64,000 bases of DNA from Camelus ferus (Eukaryota). The notes below the pieces were generated by a model. It did not search any database, had not been told where the DNA came from, and saw only the letters and a list, made by a program, of their open reading frames with translations. The stretch's first letter is position 1, and each line of letters opens with the position of its first letter. Location: contig NC_045697.1 of assembly GCF_009834535.1 (NCBI RefSeq), forward strand, positions 16,308,001 through 16,372,000. The letters are read 5' to 3'. This document shows positions 23,976 through 37,009 of this stretch, in pieces. A program made the translations under genes and the position numbers.

Positions 23976-24424
23976 AAGCCATTTACAATCACAGAGTCAT
24001 CAGCTTTTACAGCACAATCACCTGCTAAATTAGTCCCCCTTTGGTGGCACTATAATAATCCCTGCTTCTGGGAATCCAGCAAGTCTTATACAGGATGATA
24101 TCTAAGGTCAGTCTTAGAAGATGAGCAAGAGTTAGGCTTTAAGTTAAGGAAATGGTGGTAATTTGTGGGTACATATTTAAATAATTTAAATATATAAATG
24201 GAGAATAAGGAGACCAGTTGGGATATTGTTGATTCTCTTTCAGCCACATTCTTTAAAAAAATCACCAGTGCTATTATTCTGAACATCATCTATTTGACCC
24301 TTTAGGACTAGTCTCCATCCTTCTCTCTTTACTTCATGCCTGGAAGGCAGGCCAAATCAAAGGGCTCTCTTGTTATCTGGCTTCCATTTGGAAGGCTGAG
24401 AAATGCCAAGAGTACATGCTTAAT

Positions 24425-25860
24425 TTTTTCCCCTACAATGATTGAGTGCCTACAATGTGCCAAGCACTGTTATAGACCAGAAGGACACTGCAGTGAACAA
24501 AGTAGATAAAAATCATTGCCCTTGTAAAGCTTACATCTTAACTGAGAATGACGCTGAATAAAATAAATGTGCAAAATTATATGAGGCATAGCAATAATAA
24601 TTATGAAAAAAATAAAGCAGTAGGGGATAGCGATGTTGGAGAACTTTGAAATTTAAAGTTGGTCACGGATCCTGCAGGACCCGAAGGGCCACTGTAAAGA
24701 GTGTGGATTTTACTCACTGTAAATAAAAAGAAAACTTTGGGGGTGGAGGTTGAACCTGTGACACAATCTAAATTAACTTTAATTTGTTTGTTTTATAGTG
24801 TGTGTATGTGTGTATATGCATATTTTAGAATAGACTAAAGGAAGGCAAGAAAATGTATAAGGGAAACTTATTTAAGAAGTTAATAGCAATCATCCAGGCA
24901 AATGATAATGATGGCTAAAACTTACCAATATTACCAGCTTAGTGGCAATGGAGTTGTTGACAACGTGATGTGAAATGGTTAGATTAAAGACACAGTTTGA
25001 AGGTAAAGTCAAGGTGATTTTCTGATAGATTCATTCATTCAACACATTTATTGAGTGCTTACTATGGGCTAAGCATTATGCTAGGTGCTTGGGTTAGAAG
25101 AGTGAGCAAAACCAAGATCCGTGCTCTTAGAGAACTTAAAATATAATGATAATATGCAAGCACTAAACAGTGAAAAAAAACCAATAGATCAAGTGTATAG
25201 CGTGTTACATAGTAAGTGCTATGGAGGAAAAAACTGATAAAAGTCTTGAGTGAAGAAGGGCAACAAGGATAATTTTAGTAATAAACAGTCAGAATGTGCC
25301 TGGCCAAGCAGGTGATATTTGAGTGAACCCTTGAAGGAAGAGAGGGAATCAGCTACACTGATATTTGAAAGAAGAATTCTCTTGGCAGAGAGAACAGCTA
25401 GAGCAAAGGCCATAGGGTAGGTACATGCCTGGGGGCTCACAGAACCCAGAAAAGGCTGGCGAAGCTGGAACAGAGTAGAAAGAGACAGGCATGAGGATAG
25501 GACATCAGAGGAGCAGCAGGTTTACGTGTAGACTACACAGGGCTTTCTAAGCACTGGGGCTTACTCTCAGGGCAATGAGAGCCAATGCAGGGTTTTGTGT
25601 GGAGGAGAAGCAAGAGCTAACCTTCGTTTTAAAAGAAGTATGCAGGTTGCAGTATTGAGAATCGACTCTGGAAGTCAAGGTTCGATGCAGGTAGACCAGC
25701 TGTGAGGTGGGGTGTGTGAAAGAGAGAAGATGTCAAGGACAAAGTTGCCATATAAAAAACGTACGGAAAAAACTGGGAGGAGAGTAGGTTATAGGGAGGG
25801 TGGGAGGAAGATTAGGATTTACTATTGGACAAATTAGGGTTGAGATGACCATTAGAGATT
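24425..25860 (-). mobile_element. L2 elements, one L2 3' segment (~25028-25700) nested in another
   Basis: attgagtgcctacaatgtgccaagcactgtt...gacactgcagtgaacaaag; a second (attc)n aacacatttattgagtgcttactatg start at 25028; the outer copy resumes at gtggggtgtgtgaaagagagaagatgtcaaggac. Confidence 0.75.
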
Positions 25861-26849
25861 CTTTCCTCACTTTTTTTTCCAGGTCTCTATCCCACAGCAC
25901 TCAGTTATTTAACAGATGATTCTAGAAAAAGCAAGTGAACGTGGTCAGTTTAGTCACTCTGTTTATTCTCTTATTATGGGAACCACATTACTTGCAGGAG
26001 AAAAAATGCATTCTCTGATTCTGTCATCTAAGTTTTCAAAGTCAAGCCCCCAGTGAAAGTGTCTATGTCTGTATAACAATTGTGTGACTAGATGAGTAAA
26101 CTTCAGTCTTTGGTAAAGAGTCAGTAAATGTGATTTGCTGCAGTTCCATGGCTACTTTCTCTAAAGCACTTTATATAGAATGAAAGTGACTATTTGAATC
26201 TCAGTATGTCGGAGCCCATGTCAATCTGTCGATCCTTTTGAGACTTGGGGGGTGGGAGAAAAATGGCATCATTCCTTTTCTTCAAACTAAAGATTTAAAA
26301 AAATGAATATAGAGTTAATTTTACAAAAGATTATTATTAAGAGGAAGCCTTCACATCCAAGTCTTCTCAATTTTGAAGGTAAAACTGAATTTGACCTTTA
26401 ACTAAAGATCAATTCCACTGGGTAACCAATTTGGACTGATTCCACTGGAGATCACCTAAGAGTATTCTGGCATTGTAAATGGCCATTAAAAGCCATCAGT
26501 GCTATAATTCTTTTAGAAACAGATAGTTATGTGAGAGTCATATGATGGTTATTGCTTTATGATTTAGATATTATTTAATGAACAGTTGGAAATATCTATC
26601 AAGCCTGACTTGACAAAAGAGGACAGACAGAACCTCTATCTTAGCCAAGACTATTTGTGGAAAATGCTGTAATTTCCAAAAGCATACCCTTCAAACTGAC
26701 AATAATAGCACATTATCCGTTTGCTTTACATCTTTCACTTAAAATTATCAAAACATTTTGCAGTACCTGACTTTAGTCTTATGTGTTAACTAGAGTCACA
26801 ACTGTAAGTCACTAAGACTGCTCATCACCATCATCAGAGGTCACTCTAG

Positions 26850-26935
26850 GTGAGGAGTTTTAACTTGTTTTGTGCCACGGACCATTTTAGCAGTCTTTTG
26901 AAACCACCTCAGAATAAGAGTTTTAAATGCATAGA
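26850..26935 (+). mobile_element. hAT-Charlie fragment (Charlie4-like)
   Basis: ttttaacttgttttgtgccacggaccattttagcagtct...ctcagaataagagttttaaatgcata. Confidence 0.5.
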
Positions 26936-27499
26936 AGCCCAGGATAAAAACCATATTAAAGCATAGAGCATTTTTAAGTGTACTCAGTTTCTCATTTTGC
27001 TTAAATGTTGCACCTATTCACAGGTTTGCTGGCATTATTCAAGAATTGCCTTATTTTATTAGTTACTAACCACTGGCTTATTGAATTTTTACTTTGGCTA
27101 TGTTGCTCATAAAGTGTCACAAAATTTTCATTGGTTGTAAATATCTCATGTCTGATGTAAACAAACAACTCTTTAATATTACACGACTAAACAGAAAGGT
27201 ATTGCGAGTTGTTCATGCTTAGGAAAAATAGAGGTCTTGAATCAAAATTATATTTACGTTAGGACAAAAAAATGTATTTTTTTGTTTCAAGTTCAGAACT
27301 CCAAATTAAGATGTACCCTGATACACTTCCACAGCAAACCGAATTGAATCAAACCCATTAGTGACATGAACAGTTCAGGATTCCCCAGAAAAGAAAAATC
27401 CTAGTGGTTGACCTGAGAGACAATAGTTACCTTAGTTGTTGAAGAGAGATGAGTATTTCCCAGAGAATTACTTAAGCCAGAGCTTGTAATTAAGAACAT

Positions 27500-27780
27500 A
27501 CTCTTTGACAGGCCTGCGCTGACTATCCAATACAAGTTATGTCTACCTCTGGTAGTCTGTTATAGCAGTTTGTCCTTTCCTTTATGGCATCAATCTCAAT
27601 TTATAATTATATACTTAGGTCTGTGTTTACTTGTCTACTGTCTGTTTTCCACACTTGGTTTTAAGTTCTGGAGAACAGGGACTATGTCTCTAGCCCCAAA
27701 CACAGTGAATGTCACACATAAAGGACTCAATAATTATCAGTTTAATGATTAAATGAATTGCTGAATTTATGGATGAATAA
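27500..27780 (+). mobile_element. L2 3' fragment
   Basis: tgtttacttgtctactgtctg...taagttctggagaacagggactatgtct...cacacataaaggactcaataatta. Confidence 0.7.
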
Positions 27781-28808
27781 AAACATTATCACTCTCTCCA
27801 GACATTCTCATTTGACAGATTCGTCTTCAGCAAAGACAGTACAATAAATTGTACATTTATTTACATTTCCATTAGAGTACTGGAAATAATCCATGAAATA
27901 TTGCTGGCAAAATACTTTAAAATTTCCAGTGGTGACATGTTTTGTACCAATGATATCTATTACTTTTCACAATTCTTTTGTATCCAAAGAAAGGTAGACA
28001 TCAGAGTTTTGAAGATGGATTATTGTGAAAAGCAGAAAAGCAAAACAAACAAACAAACAACAAAAACAGGATATAGGAGAAGAAAATGAAAATGAATAAG
28101 AAAAAGTCAAATAAGATATAGGTTAAAAAAAAAGATCAAATAATTACACAAACAGAAAAAGGAACCAACATTAGTATATAAAAAAGCCAGATTTTAAAAA
28201 GTTATGTAACACTTCACATTTCCACAATTTGGGGCAATGTAACATGTTCTACCTTTCTTTTTTTTCATTGCCAAATTTGTTGGTTTAAATCCCCAGTGAA
28301 TTTCTACCATGTAGTAACTTGCCTCTGCCCCCCTTTCTGCCTAGAGCCCCTCCAGTTGCCTATCACTAGTTTTCTCATCATAGTCATCTTTCAAGACCCC
28401 AATGAGGCTCTGATTTCTCCATTACAACATTTCCATTTTATCTGTTGAAGAAGTTGAGACTCAGGGGTAAAGAAACAATGCAAGTGCACACATGGGGACA
28501 TCACGAGGACGAGAACACAAAGGAGTGTTCTTTCCATAGCGTTACAAGGTCTATGATTTGGAGGACCCTTTGCTCCAAGGTTTGAAATACTGTACATTAT
28601 CCATCAGTGGAGCCAGACCATGTCTACCTGGGTCAACATAAAAAACAGGAAATGTTAGTGGGAATCCATAAGAGTATAGTTACTATCAAATCTGAGGTAC
28701 ACACTACAAAGCTGTCTGCTATATCTTCCCAAGTATGCAAAATGAAGTATATGGAATAAAAACCAAAGCATTAAGTTGATTAACATATAATGGCCTAAAA
28801 GTACATAC

Positions 28809-28840
28809 ATAATATGTGATAATATGTGATAATATGTGAT
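28809..28840. repeat. Tandem repeat, 3 x ATAATATGTG
   Basis: Three perfect 10-bp copies. Confidence 0.9.
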
Positions 28841-29284
28841 ATCAAAGGATACATTTGCAGGGTATGCAAGAATATCGGATGAGCAAATTCCTATTGAACG
28901 ATGAAGTGATTTGCAACATACTATGAAAAGCATAACTTTAAGGAGGCGGTTTCCTTTTCCCCTTTAATAAAGAACATAAATTTCATTAATTTTAAAATGT
29001 GACTTTCAAAGGCAAATGTACCCATGGGCATCCCAGAGAGACTCAACAGGATTTTAAATTTAGGAAAGTAGTATAGTTACACAGTATAAAATCAATATCT
29101 ATTGGTTATTAAAACATTTCATTCAAGTTTGACATTTATAGGTTTGGTTGGTATTTTTCCTTACTTGCTTTATTTGAAGGTCTGAGTAAGTGACTGTAAA
29201 CTACAGGATTTTGTTTAGGAAGTACCTCTAAGGCCTCCAAAGGCAAAAAACTCATTCTTTCCTGATGCTGCCTAAAGATACTTC

Positions 29285-29600
29285 CATCTATTCATTTATT
29301 CACTTGTTTATTTCATAAGCATTTATTGGCATCCATTAACAGGTACTTCAAAAAAAAAGTCACCAATTCTTGTCTTCAAGGAAAACAAAGCTACTGTGTG
29401 AAGACATATGTAAAAATATGAATGCAATAATAAAATTGCTCTGAGAAAAATGTGAATGAAGTACAGAGAATACAGTTGAGGGTAGAGTAGACAAAATTAA
29501 ATCCTCAAGGGAAGGTCACACTAGGAAGGAGACTCAGAAGAGAACAGCGCAGATGGAAGAGGCAGCAGGGCAAACAAAGGATTGGAGACTTGGCACTGGG
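29285..29600 (-). mobile_element. L2 3' fragment
   Basis: ttcatttattcacttgtttatttcataagcatttattggcatcc...cttgtcttcaaggaa. Confidence 0.55.
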
Positions 29601-29639
29601 GGGCTCTGGCCTCATCGCAAGGCCTGCCCTATGAGTCAG

Positions 29640-31580
29640 ATTTAAAGTAACAACACTTAAAGATAAGTGAAACTCCTTGATTAAAAGTAAAGGATGAGCA
29701 AATATATTTTCAGGTAAGTATAAATGTCAGGTAAGCAAAGGTCAAATAAAATTCAAGGCAAAGAGCATTTTATAAGACAAAAGTAGTCATTTCATAAAAA
29801 TAATGACTCACAATGGTATACATTTGCAGTAATATAAATATCTCATACCAAATGAAGTTGGCTCAAAATTACGGAAGTTGAAATATTATTTTCATGGAAG
29901 TTAGTAGCACACTTATTTATGTCTGACAAATTTGGTATGCAAAAGTTCATCAGGATATGAAAGTCATAAATTAATAAAATATATTGTATACTACATGTTA
30001 TTTTGTTATTTACTAATTAACGTTATAGTTATATAATTTAATATCTACTATACTATATTATTTCATTATAACATATCAAACAATATAATTACTATTTGCT
30101 ATTTTTTTATACATTATATACATACATACCAAACATTCCACAGTACGAAGAAAAAAATACCTTGCTGGGCATCACAGATCTTATACAAAAACTGTACATA
30201 CGATAGCCACCCCCACAAAATCTGGATACATTTAAAAAGAAGTCAGTTTATGGGTTACATTATCTTGATGTTAATGCAATGAAACTAAATATTAATGAGA
30301 AAAATATATGTTTAAAAAAGCTTGGAAAATAAAAAAATCATAAATAACTCTGAGGTCAAAGCAGAAATTATATTTGTCCTGACAACTATTAGAGTACACC
30401 ATAAATGCAACTACCACCTATTACGTGAATGGAATGCAGACAAATTTCCACCTAGAAATTTCCATATACCTAAATGCACATATTTTATGCAAGAAATAAT
30501 GAAAATGAAAGACTGAACATTCAGCTCAAGAATTCATGACAAAGTAAAACAAAAACTGAGTAAAGCAGAGTAAAGGAATTAATAAATGAGAAATACAGAC
30601 AGAAGAGAATGAGTTAGAAAACCAAAAAGTAGCAGAATAGAAAAATAAATATAAATGAAGATTAAAAAAATAGAATAGGATAGTCAAACCTGGTGATGTT
30701 CATTGAAAGAAAGGAAATGAAAGTAGAGGAAGTCACAACTATAAAGCATTAGGAATAAAAAATACATTAAAATCACATACAATATTATTTTCAATGTAAA
30801 ATCACTATAAACTCAAAATTGGAAAATAGGTCGTAGAATATAAAGATATATTAATTATCAAAATTAACTTAAGATGTAAAAATCAAATAAAGACAAATAG
30901 AAAACATGAAACTTAAAGAAAAAGGTCTTCTAAAAATGGTACCAGGGAAAGATGATTCAGATGATTTCACGGGAAAGTTATGTCAAGATAATTCTTATGC
31001 TATTTAGACAGTTTCAGAACATAGAAAATGCTTTATGAAGCAAATAAAAGACAGGCCCCCAAATCTTTCAAATTAGCATGCAAAAGTATACCATAATGCC
31101 ACAGTTTTAGGATTATAGATTTAAAGATCCTCAAGAAAACATCAATTTGTGCCTAGTATCATATAAAAACAGCAATATTAAATGATGAAATGGCCTGGGT
31201 CCAAAAAATTCAAGGGCAATTGCTTATCGTATATTAATAAATTATATGTATATATAATCAATTGTACAAAAAAGAAAAACCATGTGACTGTCTTGATAGT
31301 TGCCCAAAATGCATTTGATAAAATTAACTAACTGTTCATTTCTCATAAACATTTAAAAGGTAACTTCCTTATACATTGAAGAAAATCTATATCAAAAGCA
31401 TTTTATTTAATAGAGAAACCACATAAAGAGAAATGGAGGCACAAATATTGGCGAATATAAAACAAAATAATTATTAGTTAAAGATGATATATTTCCCTGG
31501 ACAACGAAATAGAATCCAGTGAAAAACAATTACAACAAATTGAAACGCTTTTAGAATTATTAGAATACTTACATGGTAAG
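29640..31580 (+). mobile_element. Old L1M ORF2 fragment (endonuclease to RT)
   Basis: A-rich sense L1. ~31275-31327 reads KNHVTVLIVAQNAFDKIN (cf. KNHMIISIDAEKAFDKIQ); gatgatttcacgggaaagtt (DGFTGEF-like); aaagatgatata (ADDM-like). Confidence 0.8.
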
Positions 31581-32344
31581 GTGCATTCAGGTCTTATTTG
31601 TAGTTTTAATGTGAATGCTCCACACTCCATATTTAAATCTGTCCAATTATCTCTCTTTCCAAGATATCTCATCACTTCAATTTCTTGTGTTTCACTTTAA
31701 TGACTGTTCTTCATTCTCTTCCTTTTCCTATTATTCCTCCATGTTTGTTAAAAAGCTATGCTGCAACCTCAACCTTTTTGTCTGACCTTATTCTTTATAC
31801 CTGGTTTAACTACAACTTGGCCTTTCCAAGAGGATTTCACTTTCTTAAGTGGCAGCTGCTGTTTTTAGAGCCTTGCAAAACATCTCAAGTTATAGATTCA
31901 CAGTCCAACTACCTCTAACATGCTTCTTCTGAGGCTTATGCTTTCTTCTCCATAAAGAAAAACAGCAATAACAAAATGAAAACAAAACTTCCTTCTTGAA
32001 AGCGTGTGCCATCTGGCTAAATCACTACTTCCTCACTATTATCCACAAACTTCTGATTTAACCCTCTTATTCCGCTAAAGGCTATGGCTTTTATTTCACA
32101 CTTTTCTTTTCCATCTGAAATCCCACTATGATCCAGGGTGACTTCTAGGCCAATATAGGACATGTCTCATACTGGCCAAGAGCCACAGTGTGCCTGCCAC
32201 TTGGACTTTGTCCCCATCAGGGCAAGGCTTCTCTCTGAATTCATTAAGTCAACGACTTCCCTCTCTCCGCAGCCTCCCACTCCTCCAGCTCCTGAACTCG
32301 GCTCTTCCTACATCACTTCTTCCATCTATCTGGAGCACCCAAAG

Positions 32345-32515
32345 CTGTGATTGTGACTGGGGTACATTCAAATCACGCTGGGAGCTTTAAGAAAATGTGG
32401 ACGCCATTTGTCCTATCAAAGACCAATTGTTTCAGAATTTCTGGGTTTTGGATTTAGGCTCTGATATTTTATAAAAGCAACCCAAGTACTGTGCAGGCAG
32501 ATTAGGAACCACTGC
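32345..32515. mobile_element. MER5A/B hAT-Charlie MITE
   Basis: acattcaaatcacgctgggagcttt...agaccaattgtttcagaatttctggg...aaaagcaacccaagt...taggaaccactg. Confidence 0.75.
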
Positions 32516-33164
32516 CCGGGGGTACTTTTGTCTCTGCTTACAGTTGTCTATTCACTGCCTTCTGTATCCAGCTTGGATTCCGAGTGTAATCGCTTCAAAC
32601 TGGTCTTTGGTCAATAGCCTCAACTTTATTTTTCTGTGATCCCTTCCATTATTGTCACCTGGTGAAGTTACACCCTCATGGAAAACTACTGCTCTGAGCT
32701 TCTAAGCACTGCTAGAGGAAAAATATACAATCTTGCACACTGGAGTTGTCACTAATCTGTAGTCACTGATATAAAATGGCTCATCGCTGCCCTGCAGTCC
32801 TCCTGTGTCCATAATAAGCTCATTTTTTCCTTTACTCTATGACACATGTCAAACCACCTCCATTTGCTTCAAATTTCTAACCCTATCACCTCACCCATCT
32901 CTCACAGATGTCCTTAAAATGAAAATTTCACAGTAAGAACAGAATTCTTTTCATGGAAACCCTCTGAACTTCCAGTTACTACAGCCCCAAACATACGTGC
33001 TTCTGCACAAGATTACCTCTTTCCTTCTACTACAGTGTAAGAAATGTCCCTCCTCCTTTCCAAGGTTCACCTCTCAAATTGTTGGCTGAATCCCTTCGGC
33101 TCCTTCTGAAAGATGTTTGCTTTGTTGCTTACCCAAAGATAATTGGCCTAATGGAGAAGCCACG

Positions 33165-33370
33165 GCCCTGATTTGAACTGTGCCTCTTCACTAATTGAGT
33201 AATCCTGAGCATTCGACCTAACCTCTTCATGCTCATAATTTAACTGTAAAATGGGGAATAGAAATATCCCTACTGCATAGACTAGTGGTGAGAATTGCAA
33301 AAGTTAGTATTTATAAACATCTTAGAAGTTTAAGTACAATAAAAGTCACTGATGAAAAAATAAATTATCC
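33165..33370 (+). mobile_element. MIR SINE
   Basis: acctaacctcttcatgctcataatttaactgtaaaatggggaatagaaata...gtgagaatt. Confidence 0.7.
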
Positions 33371-33994
33371 TCTTACTCTTATATATTTAATTTCTACTAG
33401 TAGGTTTATTTCTTATAAACAGCATTTAAATACACTCTTTGGAAAGAAAAAATCATCCCCATGTTCTCCTTCAGTAACCAACACATTTTTCTCTTCCCAT
33501 TCACAGCCAAACATATCATAAAAGTCTGAATTCTGGGTCCATTTTTGTTTCTCCTTTTCACTCCACAACCTTCTGAAATCTGGATTCAACTTCCCCCACT
33601 GTGCTGAACCTGCTCTTGTCAATGTCAGCAATGATGGCCTTGTAGTTAAATCCAATAAATAATTTCCAGGCCTTATCTATCCGAACACTTGGCAGAGTTT
33701 GACACTATTGACTGCTCTTTCTTTCTTGAAATGCCCTCTCCCTATGACTTATCTGTTACCGCACTCTCCTTGTTCGCCTTACACTTCCTTGACCGTTTCA
33801 TTTCGTCTCTTTGTGAGCTTCCCTTTCTCCTTGGCTGACCCTTTAATTATTGGCAGTCTTTAGAATTCTGCCCTAAGCCCTTTTACCTTCTTATTTTAAA
33901 TAATCCCCCTGCCTAATATTTTCTGTTTCCAGGGCATCCATTTCCAATCTATAGCATCATGGATCCCAATCTGTAACTCTCCAGCTCAGATGAG

Positions 33995-34230
33995 GATGTG
34001 TAGGACAGTGTTTAAGAACACAAATTCTGGAGATAGTAGACTATGTTCAAGGTTTGTATTCGTACTCTACCAGTTACTAGGTATCCGATGAGAAATTACT
34101 TGTTTATGCCTCAGAGCAGTTATTTGTCACATAAAGGTGAGAATAATTTGTTTTACACATTAATGAAGAAAACATACATATGTATTACTTAAGAGAATCA
34201 GTGGCATATAGAAAATGATTACAATATTTT
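33995..34230 (+). mobile_element. MIR SINE
   Basis: cagtgtttaagaacacaaattctggaga...tctaccagttactaggt...tatgcctcag...gtggcatatagaaaatg. Confidence 0.6.
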
Positions 34231-34439
34231 TAAGTTTGCTGATTGACTTTATCTATGGATCATTCTATAAGCCTGGAAGACAGCTGGCTATTTGACACCA
34301 TCATTTGATTGTCCCAAAAAGTCCTCAACTGCAATGTCCGAGTGTCTTTTCCCAAGCCTCCTTCTCTTCACATGTTTCCTAAGTCACTGAGCAGCATAGT
34401 TACCCAATAAGAGCTTTATTCTCAACACTATCCTCTTAT

Positions 34440-36010
34440 TTAATATATTTCTCATTTAATATTGTTCATTTTTTCTTCTCTCTTCTTCTTTAATTAACCC
34501 TCCCAGAGATTTGTCTATTTATTAGTGTCTTCAAATAACTATCTTGTGTGTGTGTTTTAAAATAATTCTGTAATTATTTTGCAGTTTTGATTCTGCTTAT
34601 AGGTTTATTATGTCATTTTTCTTTTATACTAAGGTTTTTGTTCTTTAGTTGCACATACCTCATTAATATTTGGCTTTTCTTTTTTTTTTTTTAATATAAG
34701 CACTTAGTAAATTTCCTTCTAAGGAAAAGTATGAATATGCAGTTTTTTTTTTGTCATTCAAGTATAACAATTTAGAATAATACACAATCTATTTAAAAAT
34801 GGCTATGTATTTAATATCGTTTTGGTCTTAGTGGCCTGTAGACAGAAAATATGATCTTTATTTTGACTATATTTTGAAATTTGTTGAAAACTTCATTATT
34901 ATCTGGTACCTAATTTTTGTAAATGTTTCAGATGCTTGAGAAGAATTCATATTCTCTTATTCTTGGGCTCAGGGCTCCATATAAATAAGTCTATTAACTC
35001 TAGATGTATAATTTAGTTGAAATTTTCTGTTTTTTTATTAATTATCTTTTCCAGTTTAATCTGTCAAGAATTGAGAAAAGTGTCTCAAAATTGCCACAGC
35101 ATGGTTTTGTTAATCTTTCTCAGTAGCTCTGTCAACATTTTATTTATTTTGAGACAGGTTTATTAGAAGCATATAATATATAATTATTAGAGAATCCTGG
35201 TATAGCCTCCTATCATTAATTTATCCTTAAACTAGGGACAGTATATATCCCTAAAAATGCTTCTGATCTAAAGATATATTTTTCTTACTAAAATAGTTAT
35301 GTTAGCATTCTTTTGGTTAACATTTGTTTTCTATATCTTTCCTATCATTTTACTTTAAGGTTTTTCCATATCTTTCATTTTCAGCCCTGTCTCTATAAAC
35401 AGCATATAACGGCACTTAAAATTCTATTAGCTAATTCCTGTCCCTAAATGAGTATAATCTATATTTATTTCTATAATGATGATGTATTATGCTTTTACCT
35501 ACTATCTCACTTTTTAATTTATAGTTGTTTTCTTTTTATCATGCTTGTTACTATTTAAAATTTTATTCCATGTTTTTTCTTAATTCCCTGTTTTCTTTTT
35601 CTATAGACCTTAAAATTTTATCATTCACATTTAGTTTTAGAAAGTCCAAAATTAATCAGTATTTTAGTCCTCTTAGATAACAATTTAAGAACCATGGACT
35701 CTTTAAATTTGATCACTTTCCTTCTGACTTGCATAATATGCATGTACTATGTTTTATTTTGACTTTCCTTCTTCCCTAAATACACTCTATAGAATTTTCT
35801 TTAGATCAGTTTTCTTTGTGGAAACTTCTCAGTTTTATTTATCTTTACATGGTATTATTTCATGCTTTTCTTCAAAGGTTTATTTTCCTGGTTATACCAC
35901 TCTATGTCATCAGTTATTTCCCTCAGTACTTTGAAGATATCTTGCAACTAATCTCTGACACCCAATGATGCTGTAATTATTCATTTGTCTGTCCTTTTTT
36001 TTTTTCTATT
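34440..36010 (-). mobile_element. Old L1M fragment (ORF2 N-terminus toward ORF1)
   Basis: cagagatttgtctattttattagtgtcttcaaataac...tttgaaatttgttga...gcttgagaagaat...gcattcttttggttaacatttg; antisense L1M. Confidence 0.7.
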
Positions 36011-36189
36011 TGGCTGCTTTTTAATTATTTTAATTTTAGGATTATAAAAGAATATATCTGCTTTGTAAGTTGAAGGTATTCTAATGTAGACCTCACTAGA
36101 ATATGAAATAAAAGATTTCACTTTTTAATTTTTATTTATTTTATACAAGAGAGGATGTTCAGAGGAAAAACGTACCTGCTGTCATAAGT

Positions 36190-36385
36190 CAAAGAATTGT
36201 GCCTCTGCTTTGTCACCTCTAGTTACATGACCTTGGGCAAATCTAAAACCTCCCCAAGTCGAGGCATCCTCTCTCTCTGGTGAGAAGAGTGGTGTCAGCC
36301 TCAGAGGGCTGCCAAGGGGGCTGAATGAAACAGCATGTACATACTATGAGCTCAGTGCCTAGTTCAGAGAAGTGCCCAAGAGGTT
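36190..36385 (+). mobile_element. MIR SINE
   Basis: ctagttacatgaccttgggcaaatctaaaacctcccc...gagctcagtgcctagttcagagaagtgcccaa. Confidence 0.75.
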
Positions 36386-36409
36386 ATGCCAAGCCAAGGG
36401 AAGCATACT

Positions 36410-36843
36410 GAACCTGGAGATCATCATTCTAAGTGAAGTAAGCCAGAAAAAGAAAAAAAAATACCACATTATATCACTCATATGTGGAATCTAAAAAAAA
36501 AGGCACAAATAAATTTATTTACAAAACAGAAACAAACTCACAGACATAGGGAACAAACTTATGGTTACTGGGGGATAGGGGGGGAAGGGGGTAAGAAGGG
36601 ATAAATTGGGAGTTCGAGATTTGTAAATTCTAACTACCATACATAAAATAAACAGCAAGTTTCTTCTATATAGCACAGGAACTATACTCAGTTTCTTATA
36701 GTAACCTATAATGAAAAAGAATATGGAAAGGAATACATGTATGTGTACGTATGACTGAAGCATTATGCTGTACATCAGAAATTGACACATATTATAAACT
36801 GACTATACTTCAATAAAAGAAAAAAATGTATCTCAAAAAAAAG
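36410..36843 (+). mobile_element. Lineage-specific (camelid-type) L1 3' end with poly-A and probable TSD
   Basis: gaacctggagatcatcattctaagtgaagtaagccaga...tcactcatatgtggaatctaaaa...aactgactatacttcaataaaa, A-tail; flanks aagggaagcatact (36396-36409) / aagagaggaatact (36841-36854). Confidence 0.9.
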
Positions 36844-37009
36844 AGAGGAATACTTATTTGAACTCTAACTTGGACTGCCAGTTGAGGACTGTATGTGAGC
36901 TGCTAGGATTGCCAAGGTCCAGGGAAGCAGTCCCATAAAGTGAAATAAATTAATCATCAAAAGAGCTAATATCACTGAACATTTACCATGTCTCTTAGAC
37001 TGTTGTAGG

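Larger units (their letters stand above)
31600..34430 (+). mobile_element. Long L2 remnant including RT region, interrupted by MER5 and two MIRs
   Basis: ~33570-33740 resembles L2 RT (QSGF..H.TE.ALV.V.ND...LDL..AFDT.DH.LLLE): ctgaaatctggattc...cactgtgctgaacctgctcttgtcaatgtcagcaatgat...gagtttgacactattgac...cttgaa. Confidence 0.75.

Noticed and set aside
24031..24050. Second CTCF site (minus strand gccaccaaagggggacta)
   Set aside because: Lacks the AG core and GGC, and spacing is off by one; too weak.
23170..31580. One L1 split by a 6-kb insertion
   Set aside because: Both pieces cover the same endonuclease segment (KVKGW region) and the intervening DNA is mostly older L2, so two separate insertions are more likely.
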